From the NCBI GenBank assembly GCA_043228905.1, contig JBHGNT010000007.1, positions 13,268,001 through 13,332,000 on the forward strand: DNA of 64,000 nucleotides, read 5' to 3'. Below the pieces are notes generated by a model. It was not told the DNA's origin and searched no databases. It was given only the letters and a program-made list of their open reading frames with translations. Positions 1-12,000 of this stretch are shown one piece after another (the first letter of the stretch is position 1; every line of letters starts with the position of its first letter). The position numbers and the translations under genes were made by a program. Origin of the DNA: Azolla caroliniana. Taxonomy: Eukaryota; Plantae; Polypodiophyta.

Positions 1-38
1 GCGGTTACGTCTAGAACGTGAACCACTACTACTAATAA

Positions 39-780
39 TTATTTGCACCACTCCCTATCCGGCCCCACCCACCTTCTATTTGCCCCATAACTGTCCTTTA
101 GCCTTTTCACACTTGGGTTGTCCTGACGGCCAACATTGATTAGTCTTGAGTCCATAGTAGTGGGAGTCGGCTGGGAAGACGACTCTAACTTCTGTTGTTT
201 CCAATCTTCAATCGTCTTGTCTTCCATAACTACTATGTCTCGACTCCTCACCACTTTCTTTTTGAGTATATCCCATAGCTTGTAGTCGAATTCATCCTTT
301 GAGTACCCTAGGAATATGCATGGTTTCGACTTGTTGTCGACTTTCGACCTCTGATCCTTAGCAACATGCATGTATGACAAGCACCCAAACACCTTCCAGT
401 GTTGATAAGACACATCTTTACCTATCCACACAAGTTGTGGTACATCACCTATCAGGGGCATTTAGGGAGACCTGTTAATCAGATAGATAGTTGTTAGCAT
501 GGCTTCAGCCCAATATGACTTTGGACGCTTTGAATGTGACAACATGCTCCTCACTCTTTCCATTATTGTTTGATTCATCCTCTCTGCAAGAACATTCAAT
601 TCAGGGATCTTAGGCACTGTATATTCTCATTTTATGCCTTGAGTCTTGCAATACTCCTCAAATTGTCCTCGTTATTCGCCACCATTGCCGATCTAGATAG
701 CCTTCAACTTTCTTCCAAACTCTCTTTCAGCTCTGGCCTCAAATTTCTAAAAGATCGACAACACTTGGTCTTTCGACTTT
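39..780 (-). pseudogene. Ty1/Copia integrase (rve / SH3-like) fragment
   Basis: ORF 39..461 contains WKVFGCLSYMHVAKDQRSKVDNKSKPCIFLGY...YKLWD, a typical Copia integrase C-terminal region; similar to 12300-12720 of Copia C. Confidence 0.9.
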
Positions 781-790
781 AGCACGAAAT

Positions 791-856
791 CTTGGCTTAC
801 TGGTAAGCCAATTGACTCCTAACTTGGAGGTGCAAGGTTTGAATCCTTACTTGCCC
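791..856 (+). promoter_or_regulatory. tRNA-derived A-box/B-box cassette inside LTR
   Basis: A-box-like TGGCTTACTGG (793-803) and B-box-like GGTTTGAATCC (836-846) at tRNA-like spacing. Confidence 0.6.
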
Positions 857-900
857 TCCTTGTATGTATATGTATATATATTTATATATTTATTTATCTA

Positions 901-1345
901 GTCGCCGGTTCGCCGGATGCCGCCGGTTATCGGTGGCTACCACCTTGCTGGATGTTGTCACCTCCCCGGCGTCTGATGCCGCCAGATGCCGTCGCCTCAT
1001 TGACGCCGGATGCCGCCGGTTATCGGTGTCCGCCGCCTCGCCGGTGCACCGCCGGATGTCGGCTCCACCGGTTCGCCGGCTCCGTCGGATGTCGGTTCCA
1101 CCGGTTCGCCGGCTCCGTCGGATGTCGGTTCCACCGGTTCGCCGGCTCCGTCGGATGACGGTTCCGCCGAATTACCGGATGTCGGTTCCATCGGATGACG
1201 GTTCCGCTGGATCACCAGTTGCCGGTTCCATCGGCTCGCCGGCTCCGTCGGATGATGGTTCCGCCGAATCACCGGTTGCCGGTGTGCCACCGTCGCTTTG
1301 CCGGCTGCCGCCGGATCACCTTTGGCTCTATCACCGGTCCGGTTT
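901..1345. repeat. GC/CCGG-rich LTR segment with 33-bp tandem repeat
   Basis: Unit GGATGTCGGTTCCACCGGTTCGCCGGCTCCGTC starts at 1054, 1087 and 1120, with a partial copy at 1153 and degenerate copies on both sides. Confidence 0.9.
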
Positions 1346-1736
1346 TGGTTAGCCAAAACCTTTACAAGTAGCTAGGCCACCTCCACTCTTAGTTCAAGTT
1401 ACCTTGAACTCTCTATGCTCCACATATAGACACAAAAATAATAACTTTTGCTCTACCTTATATATGATGAGAGTCGTATTTGTCGTGCCTATGTGGGATA
1501 TCTCACAATTTTCTCTTTTCCTTTCACAAACTTTATACCCTCATATCTTGACATCCAGTTGTCCGTTTCTCGTGTAATAAAGTGCATTCGAAAGTTCTTG
1601 AAGACCTCCATCATTTTGTACTTAGATATTAAACTTATTTAAAATGTTATCTTCACTATTATTGTTTTATGTGATTCATACTCGATTTTATACGTTTTAT
1701 ATGATTTTCACACCATTGCCGAAAATCTTCACGACA

Positions 1737-3027
1737 CCGGAAATGCGGACAGTTCTTCTGAAAGTGCCCCGGCTTCCCACAATAGAAGCAAGTAGGCCTC
1801 CCTCTTGACTTCGACCTCGTCCCCGACTTGTCCCAGTTTTGGGGACTCCGATATCGGCCTCTTCCCCGGTTGTGGTCATCTTCCGTGACCAAGGCTTTTG
1901 GATCGGTTCCAGACTCCCGATCCTTCTGGCGAGCTTCTTTATCTAGCAGGCTTGATTTTACCCTTGCTAGGGACAACTGCTTTCCTTTCGGTCAGGCATT
2001 GACCAACGTGACAACTAGCATCTCCCAACTATTTAGGATGGAACCGAGCTGGAGTAATGCGAGTACCTCATCGGCAAGAGGTACTTCCAACGAGGTTGCT
2101 TGGTGGATTAGTCCCTGGAAGGCATTCATGTGCTCTGCCATACTAGAGCCTTCCTGGTATCGGAGCCTCACTAGCTTCCGGAATACCGAAACCCGATTAA
2201 CAACATTCTTGTTCTGGAACATGATGCCGATCTTCTCCCAGAGTTCATGAGCCTTGCTCTCTTCATTGAAGTTGTTGTACATGCTCATGTTGATGAAGCA
2301 CTGCATGTAGGCTGTCGTCTTCATGTGCATCACGTCCCACACTGTGACGTTGATCTTATCTGGTCTCTTTTCCTCGAACTGAACCGGTAACCAAAGATCT
2401 TTATCCACCAACATGTCCCTCATCTTCGACTTCCACACGGAGTAGTTGGAGCTAGTGAGCTTGAACATGCCGCCGAACGATTTGTCCATTTCCTGTGTTG
2501 TTCGCTCTAATACCAGATTGAAGAGAAGAACACGGAATATTGCTCGGCCACAACGAGTCTTGAATCGCTTCACTAAGAATGAAACATAGAAATAGGAAGT
2601 GGAGAGTACACAAAGGAAATACACAAGATGTTTACGTGGAAAAAACTAAATGGGAAAAACCACGGGAGCCCACAGACTCCAACTATCACTATAGGAGAAA
2701 GGTACAATCAGAGCCTCGGACGCATCGACCTCTAGCTTTGTATCTTTGCCAACCAGTGGTTATAATAGGGTATTGCTCTATATCTCACCCTCACTCACTC
2801 TCTGTCGCTCTCTCTGTAAAACAATATGACAATAACAACAACCTTACATGTCATAACAACAACCTTACAAAGTGATTGCCCTAGGTCATATTTATACTTA
2901 TATGAACTTAGGGCTATTTACAAATATAGCCTCAATAGGCTCACTCAAAATATATTTACAGATATGTCTTCTCTTCCGGTTCCTCTTTATTCAGCACCGA
3001 ATCCCATCCGGGACCGATTTCCCAACA
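1737..3027 (-). mobile_element. 5' part of Ty1/Copia element D (5' LTR 2519-3027, Met-type PBS, gag)
   Basis: LTR TG...CA related to the Copia C LTRs; PBS plus-strand GCTCTAATACCA at 2504-2515 (TGGTATCAGAGC type, 1 mismatch); gag MDKSFGGMFKLTSSNYSVWK from 2489 with a CCHC knuckle; frameshifted near 1990. Confidence 0.92.
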
Positions 3028-3152
3028 ATTAGTTTACTCCCAATTGTAAGTCCTTACACTACCAGCATAATGACTACATCGTGGGTTCAAATCCCAAATT
3101 TCCCATCTCTCTAGTACTCCATAGATATCTCTTATTTTACTAGATGCCAATG

Positions 3153-3221
3153 TGGAATGTAGGGTTGAACCCATGACCACATGTTCTCCATTCGGAAACC
3201 TTACCAATTGAGCTACATCCA
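3153..3221 (-). other. tRNA-derived (SINE-head-like) sequence
   Basis: Reverse complement TGGATGTAGCTCAATTGGTAAGG...GGTCATGGGTTCAACCCTACATTCCA, with A box, B box and paired ends; homologous to 41444-41513. Confidence 0.75.
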
Positions 3222-3946
3222 TCTTGACTCTCCCTCTCTCTTTCATGTAGAAAACACAATGGAAATAGTGTGATTGACAATGTGCTAATTTCTGAAGGTA
3301 TTTTGGATTGCATACATAAGTTCTCACTTGCTGAATGGACACTAGAATCCAACCATAGGACTTTATGTATTGACCTCAAATGTATGCATAGGTTTGATTG
3401 TGAGAAGGCCATTGAAGATAATAAGCAACTACATGAGCATAAACCTTAAGTGAGAGCCCGTGCATTCAAAGATGGTTGAAGATTTGTTACAAATGACAAA
3501 TATATAACATGGTACCGCACTAAAATAGAAATGGGAAGCTTTCAAGAAAGTCATTTTCTTATGCACAAAAAAGTGCATGAGTACAAAAAGCTTATACAAA
3601 GAAGGAGAAGAATATGGGAAGTTACTCAACAATTTCCTCCCCAAAGGCAAGTGATCTTCAATGTATAATGGTTGAAATGCTCAAATGGTTGGAAAAGGAA
3701 GCAAATGCATAGATAAGTGTTATTTTTATTCATGCATTGCAACATGACATGTCCTATGATTAGACTACAAACTGATCAAACCTTAACACAAAAGCTAGAG
3801 ATGTTGTAAACAATTATCGAACCATCATAGTTGGCTTACTAATGACAAAACGATTTAGATGTATAATGGAATCAAAGATAAGAATATGAGCTAAAGAAAA
3901 TGGTACTAAGAGAGCTTATGGATAGGTTGACTTTCAAAAACACCGT

Positions 3947-4733
3947 TGTTGCGATAACATGCGTGAGTGTGCTACTTGAGTGGAACCACGGAGGTCTTGA
4001 ACCGGGGAGTCGAAAAGGGGAAGAGGAAGTTGATGATTCCTGATCGTCAAAGAAATCTCCTCGTCGACCTAAGGTCTTGTCGAGTGTTTTCAATTGTTGT
4101 GCTTTGGCTCATCGATCACACATCGCGTATTCACTTGTCGACGTTTTGCACTCGTCAACCTTTCCTCAAGTGTCAAAAAAAACTTAGGGCTTCCGATGCG
4201 AACAAAGTGATGACCTGTATCATGGTTAACAAGCGATAATGGGAATATTCGCGAGATTAAGACAAAAAATGGGGAAAATGTACAACGAATACGTTACAAA
4301 TGAGTGTTTACAATTATTAATGATAAGCTACCACGATTCGGTGGTTTATACAAATGATCATACAATCAAAATACAACGAAAACAAAATGATTGAGAGGAT
4401 CACCAAAGGTTCCTAGTAAAGGTGAGTTTAGTTGGTCACCGAGCACAACTGGGTGAAAACATGGGAGTGGGAACAATTAGTTGTGTCCTTGACATAGTTA
4501 ATTAGCTATGTAAAAAGCTATCGGTGGTTTAGTCTTTTTGAACCATGAATGGAAACATTAGAATGTTTTAATGATATAAATGAGCAATATAAATGTGCAC
4601 CATAAATGGAAATGTGCACCATAACTAGAAACATTAGAGTGTTTTAATTATATAAATTGGCACCATAAATAGAAACATTAATTATATACCAAATTCCTAG
4701 GTCCATTATGCATGATGCATTGTCACATTATGT
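3947..4733 (-). mobile_element. Old LTR remnant of the Trp-primed Gypsy family
   Basis: TGTTGCGATAACATGCGTGAGTG...GAACCACGGAGGTCTTGAACCGGGGAGT aligns with the reverse complement of the U5 end of the A LTR (5930-5996). Right extent uncertain. Confidence 0.55.
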
Positions 4734-6072
4734 TGTCGTGATGTGATGTGCTCGAGAGTCGGAAAACCGGCGAAAGGGGGGGGGGGTCAAAATGTGCATG
4801 TGCAATGTGTGTGCACACGAAGGTAATTAATTGTGCACATGCAAAAGAAAAGGGAAAAGAAAGGGTAGAAAGGAGGTATAGAAGCTCGTGTAAAAAGTAA
4901 GAGAGATGAGAGATACAAAGTAGAGGGGAGACAGGCTATTAATTTGTAGATATAGAATTATATATTATCTAAGAGAGAGTTAACGGACTAGTGGATAGAT
5001 ACATAAATTCTAGCTAGAGGTGCACGATTCAAATCCAGTCTTACAATGCACCGTGATTTAAGGAATTTTATTCCTTTTTCATTGAAGACAAAATTGGAGA
5101 CCCCCCTTCTTTTTCTCTTATAAAAAGAGGTCGAGGGGGGCTCATTGGAGGGGACGTTTTGGGAGGAGGAGACTATCGCCATTTCTCCTTCGGAGCTCTC
5201 CATCTTCTTCTTTATCACTTCTCTTCATCTCATACCCCTTCATCCCCTCATCGCCACGTGCTAGTCTAGTTCGCATTGGCACTCGAAGTGCTCGTTTACG
5301 GTGCTTGTGAGCCCAAGTTTTGTTGGTTCGATGTTGCTTCACCCCATTCGTCGTTGCGAGCCCGTATGCTCGCCGTTCGGGTGGTCTTGGTTTGTTGGGG
5401 TAGGCATTTATGTGGTGCTCGTGTGTTCGTGGTCCGTGTTCGGATTTGCTCTTGTCTCTAAGGGCATTTAGTATTTTTGTTTTGTTGAGCTTGTGGTTAA
5501 CTAGAAGTTGCCACATTGTAATCAAACCCTAGTTTATAAAGGGCCCTCTTGCATTGGAATTGAACACGTATTTATTTGTTTAGCCAATATCATTCGTGTT
5601 TTTTTTTCTTTCTTTCTTCCTTTGTTCTCGTCCACTTGTACGTTCGGCCGTCTTGAGATGAGGGACCGTTCGGACGTGCCCATGCACCTCTCCTCCTCAT
5701 AAAGACATACGAGCATTCATGTTTGTGTTATTGTCCCCTTGTGCGTTCATCTTGCATGCTCATCTTTTCTTGTAGCCATTTGATCACTTGGCTCGTGGAT
5801 CTCAAAACTCGACGAGTCGTGATCAACCAAAGCCACCGGCCCCACAAAAGGGGCAACGAGCCCTTGCTCAGGAAGGGGTCAGGAAGTAGTATTTTCGTAA
5901 AGCAAACCTCGGTTCTTCTCTATCCCTTCAGTACTCCCTAGTCCAAGACCCCCGTGGTCCCGCCCAAGTAACACACACGCGTGAAACTTCGCGACATAAA
6001 TTGGTGAACTCGACGTGAAAGGGCGGGCGGCAAGGGAGATCCAAGATGTGAGGAGGAGAACTCGCTGAAGCG

Positions 6073-9000
6073 ATGGCGGCGGCGGTGGACCGCTTGGTAA
6101 ATCCTCGAGAAGGCATCACCGGCCTAGACCGGGCCATAGAGACGATGGTTAGCACAATGGATCGGTTCAACGAAAGAGATACCACGAGCTACTTGGATGC
6201 CTATAAGGACGAAATGCTTATGTGAAACATCCCCGAAGTTAGGCGGCTAACCGGATTCGCTAGAGTGGTAACACCGAGTATCCACGCAGAGGTACTCGAG
6301 ATCCAAGCGAACTGGTGCAATTGGAAGGAGTTCGAAGAAAGACTCCTCGAGAAGTACGACCTTGATGACTCACTCAAAATTTCAAAAAGGGATCTAATGG
6401 AGTGGGTTGAGCTTCCCGACAAGGGGAGAAATACTATGGCACTTCTACAAGAATTTGAGAAGCGCTTCACGCGACTATCAACTCTCGATAGGATGGTGCT
6501 TGACACAAGCAAGGTCCTACTATCCATAAAAGTTGTTGATGCACGAGACCGAGAGAAGGTGGGGCTCCTCCTCAAAACTGATGATGGGCTCATGATGGAT
6601 TGGGCTATGGTAAAACAGGTTTGTAGTCACTTCGATAAGAGAAGGGAATGGAACGACGGGTCTCCGTTGAGTGGTCAAACATTCACAGGCTCCATTAGTG
6701 AGACACACGAACCCAGGGGTGGCAGAGCACCTCAAGAAAGAGAGCAAGCAAATGTAAGGTTCGTCCCCGAGAGAAACGTGGTTGAAGCACTGTCTGGAGG
6801 GTCGGCAATAGACGAGCTCACAAAGATGGTGCGAGATCTCCAAATAGCGCAAGCTAGGAGAGAGAGTGGCGGCCCTCAAGATTGACATCCCCCGTTCGTG
6901 CAAAGATGTATGTGGTGCAACAATCCCGACCACCTACAAAGTGAGTGTGGAGACTTTCAAGAGGCCCTAAGAAGGGATATTGTCTATCTTTGGAACAATG
7001 GGGTCTATTCAACGGAGACAAGGCGCCCCTTGGGATTGAATCAAGGCCGAGGGGGCATGAGAAGGCTAATGGAGGAGGCCGAAGCACGACATGTTGAAGC
7101 CATCGACTACTCGGAGTCGGCTGAGATCCGAGTGGGGAAAGAGGTGAGGCGGCAAGAGGAGAAAGAGTTTGACTTTTGGCCGTCAATCCTTGGAAGCCTC
7201 TCTAGGAGAAAGTTCAAAAGAGAAGAAGCGGACGAAGTGGAAAGAAGGGTCCAAGAAGCAACCGGGTGGAAGGATCCGGTGGAAGAAAAGATAGGCTTAG
7301 TGGAAGCCACTTGCCAAAACTATGAAGTAATGGTAGAAGAGAAGAAGGTAGGAAATGACGAGGGAGCCGGTCCATCAAGGAAATACGACACTCGAGGTGC
7401 ACGAAGAAGGGAAGAGCCGAACTAGCCTCAAGCCCGCGACGAAAGATGGAAAGAGAAGGGGAACACCCCCAACTTCAAGCTTTGCTCGGAGATAGAACAA
7501 GCAACGGACTTGAAGAAGGTAGTGGAGGAAATGATCCTCAATAGTCGCATATAGTTTACTCTACGAGAGGTCCTCGGAATTGCCAAGAAAGAATTCCACG
7601 AGGTCATCATCGACCTAATGAAGAGGAAGCTGCTCTCGACGGAGCAAGAAGTGGCAAAGCCCGTGATTGTAAATGAATTGTCAACTGAGGTGCCCGAGGA
7701 AGACAAAGACTATGTGGACAATCACTACACGAGGCCGCATTGGGCGAGAGTGACAACGGAGACACCACCGGTATAGGTCGGAGATGTAAAAGAGCCGGTT
7801 GTAGCATTGATCGACCATGGCTCTGAGATCAACCTTATGTCCATGGAATTTTATAAAAAGGGAAAGTGGTCGATCAACACGAAGCACGGGTGGAAGATTA
7901 GAGCGGTGACCCGAGCAACCGAGGAGCTATATGGGGCTTGCCCAATGTACGGGTGAGGTGGGGGACGTAGAAATAGGTCAACATTTCTTTGTTCAAGAGA
8001 TGTCCTCACACCCGGTCATCTTGGGTGAACCATACATCATGGTAGCGCTCATGGAGATGAAGGTGATAGACAACGGGTCGGCATATGCGAGGGTCAAGAG
8101 CCAATATGGGCAGCATTCGGTCCAATTCCTTACGTTGAGGCCCAACCATGAGCGCAATCGAGCCTCCCTCAAAGGGGAGAGCCAAGAGGATTTTTGATGC
8201 AGGCTATTAAAGAGTGGGGCCACAATAGCCCGAGGCAAACTAAGACCCTAAACCCTTGCAAAACTATTAAATGTAATAGGAAACAATTTTGGTTCTCCGA
8301 AAATGGAGCTTGTAAAATTACTAGTTTAAGTGATAGAGATAAGCCTAGGGCCAAGAGATACGAAAGGTATCTCAAAAAATGTAATTTATTGGGGGAAGAT
8401 GACACCATAAGCGGCGCCATGGAGGTGGTCTCGTTCGACGACACTCTCAGAGAGATGGAGAGGATAGTCGTTTCAGGCCTCAATGAAGACAAGGTAATTC
8501 CAGTCAACTTAGTTGACATGTACACCGCCATCGAAGAGCTTGGGCGATTGATCGAGGAAGTAAGGACGATCAAGGTGCAAACAAAGTACAAGATTGTGGC
8601 CAAGAAGGTGAAGCTTGTGGCTGCCCCATTTCCTAACAATAGTTGGGATCAGATAAAGGGGGTAGCGGCTGATCCTAGCTTGCGGGACCCACGAGGCATA
8701 GGGCACTAGTTCACTGACGAGACGCGACAGAAGCTCCGGATTGGTGGGGGTGGCTTCCTATTGCCTAGGGAGGATGAAAGATTTAGAAGGATGATTGAAA
8801 GCCACGAAAGGGCTTTCGCCTTCTCGTCGGGGGAGATAGGGTGCGTAAACCCTAAGATCATGGAGCCAATGATGATCTTTATGGTACCGCATGTACTGTG
8901 GAACAACAAACCAATGCCGGTTCCGAGAGATCATGTCATCCCGAAGTTGATTGAGCTACTCAAGGAAAAGATCGAGATGGGTATCCTCGAGCCATCAAGC

Positions 9001-12000
9001 GTCCAATCGGTAGTTCACTGTTCCTAAGAAGAATGGCACCTTACCCTTCATCCAAGACCTACAACCTGTTAATCAAGTGACAATTCGAAATGCAGGGGTC
9101 GGGCCGAGCGTTGACGAATTCGCCAAGCCCTTTCCTGGAAGGTCTATTTATTCGATCGGTGATCTATACTCGGGGTATGATCAATTCCAACTAGCTGTGG
9201 AGAGTAGGGACATCACGAGGATGTGGACCCCTATCGGCCTAGTGCGAATGTGTACCTTGCCACAAGGAGGCACTAACTCTGTAGCCCACATGGTAAATGC
9301 AATGAACAAGGTATTGAGAGATTGCATCCCCGACATGACCATGCCATTCCTCGATGACATCCCCATAAAAGGGTGCTCTGAAGCGGAGAAAGATGAAACC
9401 TTGGACGAGGATGGGTACAGACGTTTTGTGGTAGATCACATCTCCAATTGCGAGAAGGTTCTACAAAGACCCGAAGATGCACGCTTGACCTTATCGGGTG
9501 AGAAATTGGCATTCGGCCAACCAGAGATTCTTGTGGTGGGACACTTGTGTGGGGCATACGGATGGAAGCCATCCCCGACAAAGGTGGACGCCATCATAGA
9601 CATGAGGGAAGAACTATGTTGGATCCCGAACTACGCTCACCAAGTCGAGCCCTCGTATGGGGTGCTCAAGAAGGGTGGAAGTTCAAGTGGGAGGAAGAGC
9701 ACATAGAGGCAATGAAGAGACTCAAAGGAATGTTGGTAGCGGCACCAACTTTACGAAAAGCCGTATAGAAGGAAGGGGTGCCCATCTACATGATGGTAGA
9801 TATGAGTCCAATAGGGATCAGATGGTTCATCAACTAAGAAGGAGAGGATGGTACACACTACGTGATGAGAATGGCACGGAATATTGCTCAGCCACAACCG
9901 AGTCTTCAACACTTCTCTGAGAATGAAAGCACAGAAATGGGAAGTGGAGAGTATACAAAGGAAATACATAGGGTGTTTACGTGGAAAACCCTGAATGGGA
10001 AAAACCACGGGAGCCCCACAGAGTCCAACTATCACTATGAAGAAAAAGAGGGTATAAGCACAAACTCGGAGGCAACTACCTCGAACTCTGTATCTTCGCC
10101 AACCGGCGGTTACAACAAAGTATTTCTCTATATCTCACACTCTCTCTCTGTCGCTCTCTCTCTCTTTGTACAACAATATGGCAATAACAACAACCACCAC
10201 AAAGTGATTGCCCTAAGTCATATTTATACTTATATGAACTTAGGGCTATTTACAAATACAACCTCAATAGGCTTACTCAAAACATATTTACAGATATGTC
10301 TTCTCTTCCGGTTCTCACCGGGTCTCCTCCGGTTTCCGGATCTCTTCCAGTTCTCACTGGGTCCTCTTTATTTATCACCAGATCCCATCCAGAGAGACCG
10401 ATTTCCCAACAATCTCCCCCTTCACTCCGACATGGGATATCTTGTCAGCCCAACCCGCTTTCGGCATGCGTACAGCTTGTCCGTTGTAAGGACCTTGGTC
10501 AGCATGTCCGACCTGTTCTCCTCCATGTGGATCTTCATCAACACGAAGACTTGATCTTATACTCTCTCCTGGATCCAGTGGTACCTCCGTTGGATATGTT
10601 TCGTCCAGGAATGGTAGGCCGCGTTCTTTGCAAGGTGGATAACACTTTGACTGTTGCAGTAGAGCCGATATTCTTCTTGTTGGATTCCTAGCTCTTCGAT
10701 GAAGTCCTTCATCCACAATACCTCCTTGCCGGCTTGTACATCTGCCACTTCTGTGGTTGACAACGCAACTGTCTTCTGTAGCCTCGACTGCTAGGAAACA
10801 ACTCCCCCTACATAGGTCATGAAATAACTGGATGTAGACCGGCTGGTATCCGCATCCGCCGACATATCCGAATTCGTGAATCCGTTAATTTGGGGATTAC
10901 CAGAGCCGAACCGGAGGCACATGCTCGAGGTGCCTTTCAAGTACCGGAGTATCCACTTGACCGCGTTCTAGTGCTTTTTGCGGGATTGCTCATGAAACTG
11001 CTCACCACTCAAACTGCATATCCGATATCCGGCCGGGTACACACCATTGCGTATATTAGGCTCCCGATGGCAGAGGTTTATGGTATCTTCATCATATCCG
11101 TCTTCTCCGCCTTTGTCCTCAGATTTGTTTTCCAGATAGCTTGCAGTTTGCCGGAAGTGTCGATTCGATCGGTTTTGCCTCCGACATGTTGAACCGTTGA
11201 AGCACCTTTGTCATGTACTTCTCTTGTGAAAACCACAACAGCTTCTTCGACCGGTCCCAGATGATGTGCATTCACAATATCTATCTTGCCGGCCCCAAGT
11301 CTTTCATTGAGAAGGTCCGGTTCAGAGGCTTCTTCAGCATCTGAATCTTGCCTTGGTCTCGTTCGACGATCAACATATTATCCACATATAGGAGGAGTAT
11401 CAGGAAATCTTCTCCATCAAGTTTCTTCACAAACACACAGTGATCGGCCTGCGTCTTGTGGTACCCTTGGTCGGTCATGAAGGAGTCGAACTTCCGGTAC
11501 CAGTGTCGGGGGCCTTGCTTCAGTCCGTATAGGCTCTTCTTCAGCCGGCACACCAAGTGCTCCTTCTCTTTCCTCTCAAATCCTTCCAGTTGGTGCATGT
11601 AGATCTCTTCTTCGAGGTCACCATGTAGGAATGCCGTCTTGACGTCCAGCTGCTCTACCTCGAGGTCCATGCTTGCCGCTATGCCCAATACTGTCTGGAT
11701 GGATGTCATCTTTACTACCGAGGCAAGGATCTCAACGATGTCCAGTCCTTTCTTTTGCTGGTAGCCCTTTACCACGATTCAGGCCTTATACCTTGGTGGA
11801 TTTCCGGCATCTCCCGGTTTCAGCTTGTACACCCACTTGTTCTGAAGTACCCTCTTTCCTTTCGGCAACTCTGTAAGTTCATATGTGTGGTTCTCATGCA
11901 CAGAATCCATCTCATCCTACATGGCACTCAACCACTTGTGGCTGTGGGTGTGTCTCTTTGCTTCTTCGAAGCTTTCTGGCTCCCCCTCATCGGTTAGCAA

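Larger units (their letters stand above)
785..1736 (-). mobile_element. Truncated Gypsy LTR (Trp-primed family) inserted in the Copia gag zinc knuckle
   Basis: Minus-strand start TGTCGTGAAGATTTTCGGC at 1736 resembles the terminus of element E (plus-strand CCGAAATTCTTCACGACA, 32040-32057). It interrupts gag directly after CFYCGKPGHFQKNCPHFR. 786-845 aligns with the reverse complement of solo-LTR segment 23018-23078. Left boundary approximate. Confidence 0.7.

Noticed and set aside
864-1356. Overlapping ORFs with RRMSVPPVRRL repeats
   Set aside because: Open in several frames on both strands because the 33-bp GC-rich repeat lacks stops.
9862-10554. 230-aa ORF and similar ORFs at 14388-15019 and 2579-3114
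   Set aside because: They lie within Copia LTRs and their frames are not conserved between LTR copies.
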